Part shown: positions 9,143-18,241 of the stretch, piece after piece | Numbering within the stretch: the stretch's first letter is position 1 | Layout of the letters: every line of letters begins with the position of its first letter | Source: a virus | Taxonomy: Duplodnaviria > Caudoviricetes | IMG/VR virus record: IMGVR_UViG_3300025701_001373 | Location: 1 to 52,641 of that record | Reading direction: 5' to 3' (one strand) | Length of the DNA: 52,641 nucleotides | Notes under the pieces: generated by a model | What the model saw: the letters and a program-made list of their open reading frames with translations, nothing else | The model's database searches: none | Told to the model about the DNA's origin: nothing | Program-made: the position numbers and the translations under genes

Positions 9143-9952
9143 ATGGCTTGCGGATGCGGTAGATCTCCAGACGGATGTAGAGGATGGCACTCCCTTACAG
9201 AAGAAGAATACAAAGTAGAGTATGATGCGTTTCTTAAAGAGAAAGACGGTATCTTACGTGTTAAAGAAGTAGAACACTATACAGATAGCCTTTTTAAATT
9301 TAAACTCTCTAAGACAGAAGAATATAAATTTAAGGCCGGACAGTTTACGATGATAAACGTAGACGGGGCACCTAAAAGAGCTTATAGTTTTACAAGCGGT
9401 CCGGAAGATGACTTTATAGAATTCTACAGTATTAAGGTACCTAATGGACCTCTTACAAGTAAGCTTCAAAAGATCCAAGTAGGAGACTTTGTGAATGTTT
9501 CTCCTAAAGCTACCGGAACATTAATTATAGACAATCTAACTGAAGGAACTGATTTATGGTTACTTGCAACAGGAACTGGAATAGCTCCATTCATCAGTAT
9601 GTTATGTGATCCTAAAACTTACGATACGTTCAAAAACATTCACGTTGTCTGGTCTGTAAGGGAGAAAGAAGAATTAGATGCTTTCGATGAATGGTTAAAT
9701 TCTATCGGTATAGACTATATTCCTATCGTTACAAGAGATAAAAGATGGGAAGGTGAAACAAGACGAATAACTACTTTACTTGAAAGCGGAAACGTGATAC
9801 CAAACCTCAACCCAGACAACGATAAAGTAATGTTGTGCGGTAATATGGCTTTTAACAAAGAGATTATGGCAATGTTAGAGGAAAGAAATTATACTGAAGG
9901 TAATAGTAGAGAGGCTGGTTCATTTGTTTTAGAGAAAGCTTTTGTTGGGTAA
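9143..9952 (+). CDS. fpr: Ferredoxin/flavodoxin-NADP+ reductase with N-terminal CDGSH-like Cys3His motif
   Basis: FKAGQF, RAYS, GPLTSKL, LATGTGIAPF, MLCGN, terminal GSFVLEKAF; N-terminal CGCGRSPDGCRGWH. Confidence 0.88.
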   Translation: MACGCGRSPDGCRGWHSLTEEEYKVEYDAFLKEKDGILRVKEVEHYTDSLFKFKLSKTEEYKFKAGQFTMINVDGAPKRAYSFTSGPEDDFIEFYSIKVPNGPLTSKLQKIQVGDFVNVSPKATGTLIIDNLTEGTDLWLLATGTGIAPFISMLCDPKTYDTFKNIHVVWSVREKEELDAFDEWLNSIGIDYIPIVTRDKRWEGETRRITTLLESGNVIPNLNPDNDKVMLCGNMAFNKEIMAMLEERNYTEGNSREAGSFVLEKAFVG

Positions 9953-9954
9953 AG

Positions 9955-10011
9955 AGTCGTTTCTTTAAAATATTCTTCGTATATTTAAATCTAATTAAAA
10001 ATAGAGGTTAT
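9955..10011 (+). promoter_or_regulatory. Degenerate early promoter repeat copy
   Basis: AGTCG...TTCTTCGTATATTTAAA...AGAGGTTAT-ATG. Confidence 0.5.
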
Positions 10012-10311
10012 ATGAAAGCAAAACGTCATTACGAAAAATGGTCATTAGAAGAAGCTAAAACTTTTTTGGATTTTTACTTAGCTAATATTACTAGAAAAGA
10101 TTACTCAATAGTAATAGATTCTTATGCAAAGCAAGTAGAAAGGACAAACGATGCAATAGCATTTAGAGTAAAAGAGGTAATTAGTATTCTCACTAATGCA
10201 GAGAAAGGATTAAAGAAGGATAAATGGACTACTGAATTCATTCAAGCTGTTGAAGATAAATTGAATGAAGGTTCTATTTCAAAGAATAAGATGTTAATGT
10301 TATTTGAATAA
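10012..10311 (+). CDS. Hypothetical protein (possible Myb-like helix-turn-helix)
   Basis: KWSLEE and KWTTE repeats, ERTNDAIAFR; weak. Confidence 0.55.
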   Translation: MKAKRHYEKWSLEEAKTFLDFYLANITRKDYSIVIDSYAKQVERTNDAIAFRVKEVISILTNAEKGLKKDKWTTEFIQAVEDKLNEGSISKNKMLMLFE

Positions 10312-10693
10312 TATGTTTAGTGTATATTGGTATATATTTTCTGGATATAGAGGGAGTTCTATAACAGAGCAGCTTAAAGCTAAATACCCTTATCAAGGTA
10401 TACTCTATAAAGTAGGTTACCAAAGAGGAGAAGAAAATTTCGGAAGGGTAAAAGATAATGCTGAATACGATAAAGATAAAAACCCCATTTGGATAGAATT
10501 ATGGGATAAAATTCAGTGTGGAGGAATAATAAAAGGATTTAAAACTGAACAAGAAGCCAAAGCAGTAGAGGAAAAAATACTTCAGGAAATTGGACCTAAA
10601 GATTTTAATCTTTATGAAAAAATTAGCGGTATAAGAGAATTTAGAATTGCTAGTTTAGAAAGAAAACAAATTTTAAATAAATACTTCAATTAA
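10304..10693 (+). CDS. Hypothetical protein (possibly divergent GIY-YIG/T5orf172-like)
   Basis: YWYI...LYKVG...R...AKAVEEKI...GIREF pattern; weak. Confidence 0.5.
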   Translation: MNNMFSVYWYIFSGYRGSSITEQLKAKYPYQGILYKVGYQRGEENFGRVKDNAEYDKDKNPIWIELWDKIQCGGIIKGFKTEQEAKAVEEKILQEIGPKDFNLYEKISGIREFRIASLERKQILNKYFN

Positions 10694-10694
10694 T

Positions 10695-11093
10695 ATGGCA
10701 CTATGGGATGTAGATGGAGAGATAGTTTATGCTGAAGGTAGCTTATCTCTCACACCGGAAAAAACTAACGCAGTATTTGTAACTCGTCATCGATATAAAG
10801 TACCTTATTCAAATGTAGGTATGGGAGGATTTGTTAAAACAGATAGAGGAACATTTCATACTCCTTCTTGGATTGAAGTTCATCCCCAAGCTAGTTTTGA
10901 AGATTTGATTGTAGATAAAAAACCATTTGAAGAGTTATTTGTTGAAGAAAAGAAATGGGAGTTCAAATCAGGCTCTTCAGATAAAGTATATACTGTTAAA
11001 CATAATAAGCGAGGAGAATTGTCTTGTGACTGTATGGGGTATATAGGACATAGAAAATGTAAACATATTACAGAAGTTAAATCAAAATTATGA
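10695..11093 (+). CDS. SWIM zinc-finger protein
   Basis: YTV...SCDCMGYIGHRKCKHI matches CxC...CxH. Confidence 0.8.
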   Translation: MALWDVDGEIVYAEGSLSLTPEKTNAVFVTRHRYKVPYSNVGMGGFVKTDRGTFHTPSWIEVHPQASFEDLIVDKKPFEELFVEEKKWEFKSGSSDKVYTVKHNKRGELSCDCMGYIGHRKCKHITEVKSKL

Positions 11094-11311
11094 GAGAAAT
11101 AGTTCAATACTTTGTATGGTATATTATCCCGGGCATTGCTTGGGGAGGATTTTTAGAATACTACACTACTAAAAATTTACCCGAACCATTCAACAGGCCG
11201 TGGAATATGCCTGAAAGATTGATGCATATATTTTTCTGGCCGCTTTCTTTTGGCAAGTTTATAATAGAATTTTTTAGAGGGTTATTTGGATACTATGACG
11301 ACGAAGAGTAG
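11090..11311 (+). CDS. Small membrane protein
   Basis: Two hydrophobic segments, FFWPL motif. Confidence 0.65.
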   Translation: MREIVQYFVWYIIPGIAWGGFLEYYTTKNLPEPFNRPWNMPERLMHIFFWPLSFGKFIIEFFRGLFGYYDDEE

Positions 11312-11828
11312 GAATATAGTTATTATTGTAATACTATTATTTATTGTTTTAGGAGTAGTAATTGCAGTTACATATAGAGAAAAGACATTTAATATAGTAG
11401 AGTTAGGAAATAAAAATGCTGTATTAAATAGAACTGAAAAGAATTATTTAGATACAATAGTAAGTGTAGGGTTAAGCGAGTTAAATATTTCCGGAATAAC
11501 AGTTCTTATAGATCCATTAGAAAAAGAACTAACAACAGGAGAGTTTGAAATTCAAGCTCATATAATTGGGACACAAAACCAATTCATAATCTTCACAGAG
11601 ATGTTCTCAAGAGAGAAATCTATAGAAGTTATGTCTCATGAATTAATCCATCTACAGCAGTATAATTCAGGCAGGTTAGTTAAGACTAATGGAGGAGTAA
11701 TTTGGGAAGGATATTATGTAGAGTCAATAGCAGAAATTCCTTATATGGCTCGTCCGTGGGAATTAGAAGCTTTTGTTTTAGGGGAGAATTTAAAAAGAAC
11801 TTTGAGAGTAATTTTAATCAAAAAGTAG
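11295..11828 (+). CDS. Membrane-anchored HExxH metallopeptidase-like protein
   Basis: N-terminal TM helix, SHELIHLQQ and RPWELEA; ATG 11295 preferred over TTG 11286. Confidence 0.65.
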   Translation: MTTKSRNIVIIVILLFIVLGVVIAVTYREKTFNIVELGNKNAVLNRTEKNYLDTIVSVGLSELNISGITVLIDPLEKELTTGEFEIQAHIIGTQNQFIIFTEMFSREKSIEVMSHELIHLQQYNSGRLVKTNGGVIWEGYYVESIAEIPYMARPWELEAFVLGENLKRTLRVILIKK

Positions 11829-11830
11829 TT

Positions 11831-12043
11831 ATGTACACACCGCCAGAACAAACACCTATAACTGTCGCTTATAGAAAGAAGACAGGAACTAAAGTTTGGA
11901 TCAAAACATTCAAAGACTTAAGATCTCCAGACCGATTAATAACAAATCGTTCTAATCTACTACCAACTGGAAGTGAGATATTAGAAATAGGAGTAGGAAG
12001 TAATTTTGAAGCAAGTTATAAAAAGAAATATAAAGTTAAATGA
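11831..12043 (+). CDS. Hypothetical protein (70 aa)
   Basis: ATG 11831 (MYTPPEQ...) follows the upstream stop; the track's 11702 start overlaps the previous gene. Confidence 0.6.
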   Translation: MYTPPEQTPITVAYRKKTGTKVWIKTFKDLRSPDRLITNRSNLLPTGSEILEIGVGSNFEASYKKKYKVK

Positions 12044-12210
12044 ATTTAATCTACATGCAGCAGACTATCGATTATATGGCTAGAGTCAATCCTCATTTAA
12101 TTGAAGACTTATCAAAGTACGGTGTTCCGGAAGGGCCAATCGAACTAACAGATGATAATGGTAATACTACTCATAAATACTATATGTATAAGTTAGATGC
12201 ACTTAACTAA
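12040..12210 (+). CDS. Small hypothetical protein, 56 aa (not in track)
   Basis: MNLIYMQQTIDYMARVNPHLIEDLSKYGVPEGPIELTDDNG...; ATGA-coupled. Confidence 0.6.
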   Translation: MNLIYMQQTIDYMARVNPHLIEDLSKYGVPEGPIELTDDNGNTTHKYYMYKLDALN

Positions 12211-12712
12211 AGACTACTTATTAGAAGTTTATAATAATCAAAAGAAAGAAGGGTTTAAAGGAAGGGAGTCATCTCCTACTCATTTAAACTCCGCTATCGT
12301 TGAATGGAATATTGAAAATTACTGGAATAATCCAGATGCAAGTATACTTACTGCAGACAATAAAGGCTTTGTGTTTCTTTTATACACTTTCCAAAAAGAT
12401 GTTAATGGAGTAGATAAACTTTACTGCGAAATAAGACATATAGTTACATTAGAACAATTTAGAGGAGAGGGTATTGGAAAGAGTTTAGTTGAAGCTACAA
12501 AAGCACATATGGTAACACACAACTCTTCTTACTTAAAAATACTTTCAGATAAAAAAGCTACAGAGTTCTACAAAAAAATTGGATTTAAAGAAAGTGGGAT
12601 TACAAAACATGGACTTTCTTATTTTTGTAATAATATTAATACAATGACTACTGTTAATATGCCGGCTAGTGACTATCCATTCATGAACACAAACCCTAAC
12701 TCAATTTTATGA
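12197..12712 (+). CDS. GNAT family acetyltransferase
   Basis: QFRGEGIGKSL acetyl-CoA motif and ATEFYKKIGF. Confidence 0.88.
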   Translation: MHLTKDYLLEVYNNQKKEGFKGRESSPTHLNSAIVEWNIENYWNNPDASILTADNKGFVFLLYTFQKDVNGVDKLYCEIRHIVTLEQFRGEGIGKSLVEATKAHMVTHNSSYLKILSDKKATEFYKKIGFKESGITKHGLSYFCNNINTMTTVNMPASDYPFMNTNPNSIL

Positions 12713-13230
12713 AAGGTACTATAAGAAATGTTCTTGACAGTAGCGATATACTCTCTATTTTTAATCTGTATAAAGAACTACCAAATGAAGTATTGATAGA
12801 TGGAGAATTACAAAACAGACATAATGTTTCGAATAGTTTAGGAATTTTTCTACTATCCTCTTTCACAAAAGAAGAATTTGAATCGTTTAATAATAAAATA
12901 CTCACTTCAATAGAACAAAAAGAAGGAGTAGAATTAGAGGTAGTTTATTCAAGAGTTTTAAAATATACAGCAGGATGCTATATTAAAAAACATTACGACA
13001 TTAAAACTCCTCAAACAGAATCAGGCCTATCTATCATTATACAGCTATCTGATCAAGAAGATTTTAAAGGAGGAAAGGCGATGATAGAAGATGAAGAGAT
13101 AAAACTCACACCTGGTGATTTAGTTTATTATAACTACAACTACGAACATGAAGTAACTAAAGTCTTTTCCGGAACAAGATATGTTGTAAATTTAAGAGTT
13201 AAAGTTAAAAAAAGTAACACTTTAATTTAA
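12709..13230 (+). CDS. 2OG-Fe(II) oxygenase
   Basis: HYD...QLSDQEDFKGG...HEVTKVFSGTR. Confidence 0.87.
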   Translation: MKGTIRNVLDSSDILSIFNLYKELPNEVLIDGELQNRHNVSNSLGIFLLSSFTKEEFESFNNKILTSIEQKEGVELEVVYSRVLKYTAGCYIKKHYDIKTPQTESGLSIIIQLSDQEDFKGGKAMIEDEEIKLTPGDLVYYNYNYEHEVTKVFSGTRYVVNLRVKVKKSNTLI

Positions 13231-13235
13231 GGAAA

Positions 13236-13291
13236 AGTTGCTAGAACGATTTTTTCTTCTTATATTTAGTTATAATAATTAATAGACAGTT
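13236..13291 (+). promoter_or_regulatory. Early promoter repeat copy
   Basis: AGTTG...TTCTTCTTATATTTAGTTATA...GTT-ATG. Confidence 0.65.
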
Positions 13292-13531
13292 ATGGGATTA
13301 GCTAATACGATTTTAAACCAATACACAAAAACATTAAAAGTTATTCAGAGTTCTAATAAGGATGTACATTTAGAAGCTGCCAATAGAATGAATAGCCTAT
13401 TTATTAAGAATAATTCACAAACTGATAATAGTGGTAATCTTAATACACCTGAATTAGTTAGTGTAATGTATGAGGAACTTAACAGACAACTTCTAATCAA
13501 GAAAAATGAAATCGCTAGAAAGACCAACTAG
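13292..13531 (+). CDS. Hypothetical protein
   Basis: 79-aa ORF after the promoter repeat. Confidence 0.65.
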   Translation: MGLANTILNQYTKTLKVIQSSNKDVHLEAANRMNSLFIKNNSQTDNSGNLNTPELVSVMYEELNRQLLIKKNEIARKTN

Positions 13532-13625
13532 ACTAAAACTATCTCACAATCCAACTGCTGAACTTATTAAAGCAATATGTAAGAAGCAGAAGAGAGATAA
13601 GAGAAAGAGAAGAGGAGTTTGTTAA
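13506..13625 (+). CDS. Small basic protein, 39 aa (not in track)
   Basis: MKSLERPTRLKLSHNPTAELIKAICKKQKRDKRKRRGVC fills the gap before 13643. Confidence 0.4.
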   Translation: MKSLERPTRLKLSHNPTAELIKAICKKQKRDKRKRRGVC

Positions 13626-13642
13626 ATTAAAAAATAAAGGTT

Positions 13643-14200
13643 ATGTCAGCATTAGAATTTAGACCAAATCTAACTCCTACCCAAATGCTAGAGGAAGGAA
13701 TATTTGGCGGTAGTTATTTCGGAGTAGAAGAGTTAGAAGGAGATTACGATTATCAATCTCTATTTCAAGAGACATTATCTAATATATCTCCTCACTTATA
13801 TTTAGGAAACAAATACAGACCTAAACTAAATAAGTTTAAAGTACGTTCCGGAATGTCATTTGAGTATTGGGTTGATATGAAATGGATGCATGCAGATGAT
13901 CCTTACGGGTGGTTTGAATGGTATATCAAATACTTTAACGGAAGAAGGCATCCTGACGACGATAGACAGATTAGAAGATGGCAGGACTTTTGCGGTCCAA
14001 ATGGTAGATGGAGAAATAGAATCTATAAGAGGATATTTGAAACAGATGATTGGAATGTTTCCCCTCGTATCCAGCAATCTCTTTTACATTGGGGATATAA
14101 AGTAAACGAAGACGATTATAACTTATGGTTGAATGCTATCCATAAATCAGATAACTGGTGTCATTATGGAGGAGTTCCTTCTACAAAAGCTTATATGTAA
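13643..14200 (+). CDS. Conserved viral protein of unknown function (Trp-rich)
   Basis: FRPNLTP..ML..G.FGG.YF, DPYGWFEWY...GRR..DD.RQI.RW, SPRIQQSLLHWG. Confidence 0.7.
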   Translation: MSALEFRPNLTPTQMLEEGIFGGSYFGVEELEGDYDYQSLFQETLSNISPHLYLGNKYRPKLNKFKVRSGMSFEYWVDMKWMHADDPYGWFEWYIKYFNGRRHPDDDRQIRRWQDFCGPNGRWRNRIYKRIFETDDWNVSPRIQQSLLHWGYKVNEDDYNLWLNAIHKSDNWCHYGGVPSTKAYM

Positions 14201-14273
14201 AAAGGTTTAAAATAAAGTTGGTTCGTATTGTTTTTCTTCTTATATTAAGGTATAGAAATTAAAAATAAAGGTT

Positions 14274-14660
14274 ATGACAAATTCAATTACTGTTTACGAT
14301 TCGATGGACGCACCATCTACTGCTGGTTCAAGTTTAAAAGGACATTTAAGTTACGGAATAACTTACGATATGTTAGTAGATTTTTTAGGGGCACCAACTT
14401 TCCTTCCGGAAGATAGCGGAGATGGAAAAGTTAATTTTGAATGGATTGTAGAGTTTGAAACTGAAAACAATGCCACAAAGGTATTTAGTATTTACGATTA
14501 TAAAACTGAATCTCCAGAATGGTCAAAAGCTAATACCGGGAAGATGGAACAGGCCGAGGAATGGTTTGGAGGTAAGAGATGGCATGTAGGAGGTAAATAT
14601 TACGCAGGTGACTTTATCGATTTTATCGAAGAAAAAGTTAAAGAATTAGTTGTTAGTTAG
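14274..14660 (+). CDS. Hypothetical early protein
   Basis: 128 aa, directly after a repeat; DGKVNFEW, SIYDYK, WHVGG. Confidence 0.75.
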   Translation: MTNSITVYDSMDAPSTAGSSLKGHLSYGITYDMLVDFLGAPTFLPEDSGDGKVNFEWIVEFETENNATKVFSIYDYKTESPEWSKANTGKMEQAEEWFGGKRWHVGGKYYAGDFIDFIEEKVKELVVS

Positions 14661-14705
14661 AATTATTCTTCTTATATTAAGGTATAATTAAAAACAACAT
14701 ATTTT

Positions 14706-14828
14706 ATGAATTTGAATTTAAAAAATTTCCGACCATTTTATTATTTTAATACCGAATCGAGGTTGAATAAATTAAATAAATCGACTTTGATTAAAATAAA
14801 TGGTGTCAGCCATTATAATATAAAATAA
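14706..14828 (+). CDS. Small hypothetical protein, 40 aa (not in track)
   Basis: MNLNLKNFRPFYYFNTESRLNKLNKSTLIKINGVSHYNIK after repeat copy 14648. Confidence 0.45.
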   Translation: MNLNLKNFRPFYYFNTESRLNKLNKSTLIKINGVSHYNIK

Positions 14829-14906
14829 TAAAAAAAAGGAGGGGGTTTAGTTGCCTCCTCCAATTAAAATTCTTATATTAAGGTATAGAAATCAAAAATA
14901 AAGGTT

Positions 14907-15701
14907 ATGACACGTACAGAAATTTTAAGATTAAGATTAGACGAGCTAGATAAAGAAAGAACTAACATTCAGGTTAGGACTAAAAGACTTTATATCAGAA
15001 GACAGAAAGAACTTATCAATGTACTAAGAGATTGGTTTATTCCTTTTAATATAGAAGATAGAGATGTTAGTTTTAAATTTACTGAATATAGAGTAGAGGT
15101 ATTGAAAAAACAAAAAGAGGAAGATCAAGTTATTTTCTGGTTTAAGCTAAGAGAAGAATGGGAAGGTAAAACTACTTTTACTGGTTTTGAACTTAATAAA
15201 TATTCTGGAGGAGCAATAATAAGCGAGGATGCTGTTACTAACATGCTTTTAGCTGCTCAATGGAGTCAATTTGTATTAGATTATCAAGATGATATTGTTG
15301 CTGAACTAAATATGGTTCAAGAGAGATATGATAAGTTTCTTGAAGTTATTGGAAAGAAAGAAGGAGAGTTAAGAAAAGCTATCAGTCAACAGCAATCAGA
15401 TATTGATAAATTAGAAAAAGAAAATAATCTAGCCAAACTTACTACAGAAGGGATTGAGTTAGATACCAATAAGAGAAAAAATAAAGATACATACTTACCA
15501 TCATTAGAAGTGAGGTTTGATTGGACTTTAAGATCAGTTAAAGCGTTAAAAGTTTTAAGAATGACTACTTCTAAAAAGTCAGCTGATGTTGAAGTTACGA
15601 CAAGAGACTGGCAAGGAAGCCTACACAAGACAATTGTAGAGAGAGTTAGAATGGATAACATTCTACATTTTGTAAACTACAATAGAGATATTATCGTTTA
15701 A
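14907..15701 (+). CDS. Hypothetical coiled-coil protein
   Basis: 264 aa with heptad-like charged segments. Confidence 0.75.
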   Translation: MTRTEILRLRLDELDKERTNIQVRTKRLYIRRQKELINVLRDWFIPFNIEDRDVSFKFTEYRVEVLKKQKEEDQVIFWFKLREEWEGKTTFTGFELNKYSGGAIISEDAVTNMLLAAQWSQFVLDYQDDIVAELNMVQERYDKFLEVIGKKEGELRKAISQQQSDIDKLEKENNLAKLTTEGIELDTNKRKNKDTYLPSLEVRFDWTLRSVKALKVLRMTTSKKSADVEVTTRDWQGSLHKTIVERVRMDNILHFVNYNRDIIV

Positions 15702-15736
15702 TACCTTTTGTTTTTAATTATTATTACTTGAAAGAG

Positions 15737-15768
15737 CCGGAAGACGTCATAACCCTTCCGGTTTTTTT
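15737..15768 (+). terminator. Intrinsic terminator
   Basis: CCGGAAG-11 nt loop-CTTCCGG followed by T7. Confidence 0.8.
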
Positions 15769-15847
15769 ATTGAAAATAACTAAAGAAAAAGTTGGAGCCT
15801 ATTGTTATTCTTCTTATATTAAGGTATAGAAATTAAAAATAAAGGTT

Positions 15848-16150
15848 ATGACAATTACAGCGATCAAAAAGGCAAATTTTAAAGCAGTTAAAGATTTACT
15901 AATCAATAAATATAATGCTTACAACATCGATAATGAAGGTTCATTCTTCGGTATGTGTATAGATTTTGAAGATTTTACTATGTCTTGTCAACTAACAAGA
16001 GATTGTGATTTCGGATCTTATGACAGCATTAAGCTTTCCGGAGATGGTTGGACAGAAGAAGAGATAGCTAAACAAGCAGCTGCAGAAAGGTTAGAGTCGG
16101 AAGTAGAAGCTGATATGAAGAAAATAACTACTAAAATAGTTGCTAGTTAG
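15848..16150 (+). CDS. Hypothetical early protein
   Basis: 100 aa, repeat-headed. Confidence 0.75.
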   Translation: MTITAIKKANFKAVKDLLINKYNAYNIDNEGSFFGMCIDFEDFTMSCQLTRDCDFGSYDSIKLSGDGWTEEEIAKQAAAERLESEVEADMKKITTKIVAS

Positions 16151-16197
16151 AAATATTCTTCTTATATTAAGGTATAGAAATTAAAAATAAAGGTTAT

Positions 16198-16326
16198 ATG
16201 ATTGAAACAAGAGAATTACTCAGAGAAGAATTAAGATTACTACTTGACGGAACTAATAATGTTAATCAGACAGTAGAAGAAATCATTGCACACATCAGAT
16301 GGAGAGAAGATAATTTAAATGAGTAA
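16198..16326 (+). CDS. Small hypothetical protein, 42 aa (not in track)
   Basis: MIETRELLREELRLLLDGTNNVNQTVEEIIAHIRWREDNLNE between two repeats. Confidence 0.65.
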   Translation: MIETRELLREELRLLLDGTNNVNQTVEEIIAHIRWREDNLNE

Positions 16327-16392
16327 ATAGTTGCTTGTCCGTAATATTCTTCTTATATTAAGGTATAATTAAAAACAATAAAAATAAAGGTT

Positions 16393-16599
16393 ATGGTATT
16401 TACAGCTTACGTTTGTGATGATTACGAATTAACAGATTCAGGAGTATTAGTTATATTTGGCAATTATGCTGAATTCACATCTAATGATAGAGAGATGATT
16501 GAACAGTTTATAGAGACTAGTTCTCATAATGCTGTTGTTTGTCCTGCTATCTTTACGGATGAATTTGGAGTGCAACCTAAAAGAATTCTTTTTAAATAA
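16393..16599 (+). CDS. Hypothetical early protein
   Basis: 68 aa, repeat-headed. Confidence 0.7.
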   Translation: MVFTAYVCDDYELTDSGVLVIFGNYAEFTSNDREMIEQFIETSSHNAVVCPAIFTDEFGVQPKRILFK

Positions 16600-16659
16600 T
16601 AGTTGTTAGTTAGAAATATTCTTCTTATATTAAGGTATAATTAAAAACAAATAAAGGTT

Positions 16660-16860
16660 ATGATTACAATTAGGTGTACTAAAGGTTTATTATTAGAAGG
16701 TGGTGAATTTCCTATAATGGCAGGAGAGATGTTTGAACTAATCGATCCAGACAATATGGAGTTTGAAGGAATAGAAGGGAAGTCTATTAATCCCAAAATG
16801 GCAATATGCTTCTTTCCGGAACAATTAGCAAATAATTTTGAGTTTATAGTTGCTAGTTAG
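16660..16860 (+). CDS. Hypothetical early protein
   Basis: 66 aa, repeat-headed. Confidence 0.7.
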   Translation: MITIRCTKGLLLEGGEFPIMAGEMFELIDPDNMEFEGIEGKSINPKMAICFFPEQLANNFEFIVAS

Positions 16861-16906
16861 AGTTATTCTTCATATATTAAGGTATAATTAAGAACAAATA
16901 GAAGTT

Positions 16907-17410
16907 ATGGTTTCAAAAGAATTAGTTACAGTATTAACTACAGGAAGTATTTTTAAGTTTAGTGAAGTTAAAGAGATGGAAATAGGTCCCGGTATCTATT
17001 CTATATTCGATAAAGGAAGTTTGGTTTATGTTGGCATTTCAGCTACAGATATTTCTGATAGAGTAGGAAGACAGCATGGTTCAGGTAATAGTACAGTCTC
17101 CTCTTTTTGTAATTACATACGAAGTGAGAAGGGATTGGCAGTGACTACAGAAGAAGCAAGAGAATTTACAGAACTAGCTCCAGTTAAGATAGAAGAATTG
17201 AAGGTTCAGGATTATTGCGATAATCACGTTAGAGTTAGATTTGCTAAGTTAGATCCATCTGCATTATTAGAAGATGTTGATAAGAAGCCGGAAGATTTCT
17301 TATTAAGAGAGCATTTCCCTTCTCTTAATGTTAAGCTTTTGAATTTCGGTACTAAGCGTTCGGAGAAGGTGACGTTAGATGAGTATAGAGAGAGAATGAA
17401 ATTAAAGTAA
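16907..17410 (+). CDS. GIY-YIG nuclease family protein
   Basis: PGIYSIFDKGSLVYVGIS..ISDRVGRQH, later E and PSLN. Confidence 0.75.
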   Translation: MVSKELVTVLTTGSIFKFSEVKEMEIGPGIYSIFDKGSLVYVGISATDISDRVGRQHGSGNSTVSSFCNYIRSEKGLAVTTEEAREFTELAPVKIEELKVQDYCDNHVRVRFAKLDPSALLEDVDKKPEDFLLREHFPSLNVKLLNFGTKRSEKVTLDEYRERMKLK

Positions 17411-17411
17411 T

Positions 17412-17606
17412 ATGCTTAAATACAATCCATCATCCCCATTATCAGACGAAGAGTTAGAAGCACTTCCATTTGAAGAAGCTTTAGAGTATTTAGATTCACA
17501 ATCCGAATACTTAAAATCAATTGCTTTACCTCCTTCTAAAAGAGATAAAGGTATTATTGAAATTATGAACGAAAGAGGTTATTTAGAAACTAAAAGACAA
17601 AAATAA
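17412..17606 (+). CDS. Hypothetical protein
   Basis: 64 aa, adjacent to the upstream stop. Confidence 0.65.
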   Translation: MLKYNPSSPLSDEELEALPFEEALEYLDSQSEYLKSIALPPSKRDKGIIEIMNERGYLETKRQK

Positions 17607-17674
17607 CTTTAAATAAAGTTGGTTCGTATTAGATTTCTTCTTATATTAAGGTATAGAAATTAAAAATAAAGGTT

Positions 17675-18181
17675 ATGACAATTCAAAACGTATTATCATT
17701 AGAGAGTTTAGTAGATGTTCAAGCAATATTAGATGCAGCTACAAGAAGGTTGATGGAGTTAAAAAGTAACTTACCATCCTTTCCGGAAGTTAAAAAGCAA
17801 GCTGTTACTTTAAAGAAAGAGTTTAAAGCTTTAGTAAATGATGATTCTAAATTCTATAATGACGATTTAACTGGCCGTGTTGAGATGATGACTAATGAAG
17901 ACGGGTCTAGATATTATGAAGGTTCGTTTAAAGTTATACCTTCAACAGGTCAAGAAGGAGTATATGATGAGGATTTTGGTTCAATTGCCGGACAGCCTAG
18001 ATATGGATACAAATTTCAACTTGATTCTCCAGACCAGACATTAGAGTTCGTTAATAAAGTATTACCAGAAGGATGGACTACAGAAGTTAAAATTAATAAA
18101 AGCTTAGTTCATGAAGGTGGTGATTTAGTGCCTTATTCTTCTTATTATGTGAATGTAAAATCTCCAAACTTTTTTAAGTAA
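17675..18181 (+). CDS. Hypothetical early protein
   Basis: 168 aa, repeat-headed; shares LPEGW with 18895. Confidence 0.75.
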   Translation: MTIQNVLSLESLVDVQAILDAATRRLMELKSNLPSFPEVKKQAVTLKKEFKALVNDDSKFYNDDLTGRVEMMTNEDGSRYYEGSFKVIPSTGQEGVYDEDFGSIAGQPRYGYKFQLDSPDQTLEFVNKVLPEGWTTEVKINKSLVHEGGDLVPYSSYYVNVKSPNFFK

Positions 18182-18241
18182 GAAGTTGTTTCGTATTATT
18201 TTTCTTCTTATATTAAGGTATAATTAAAAACAATAAGAGTT

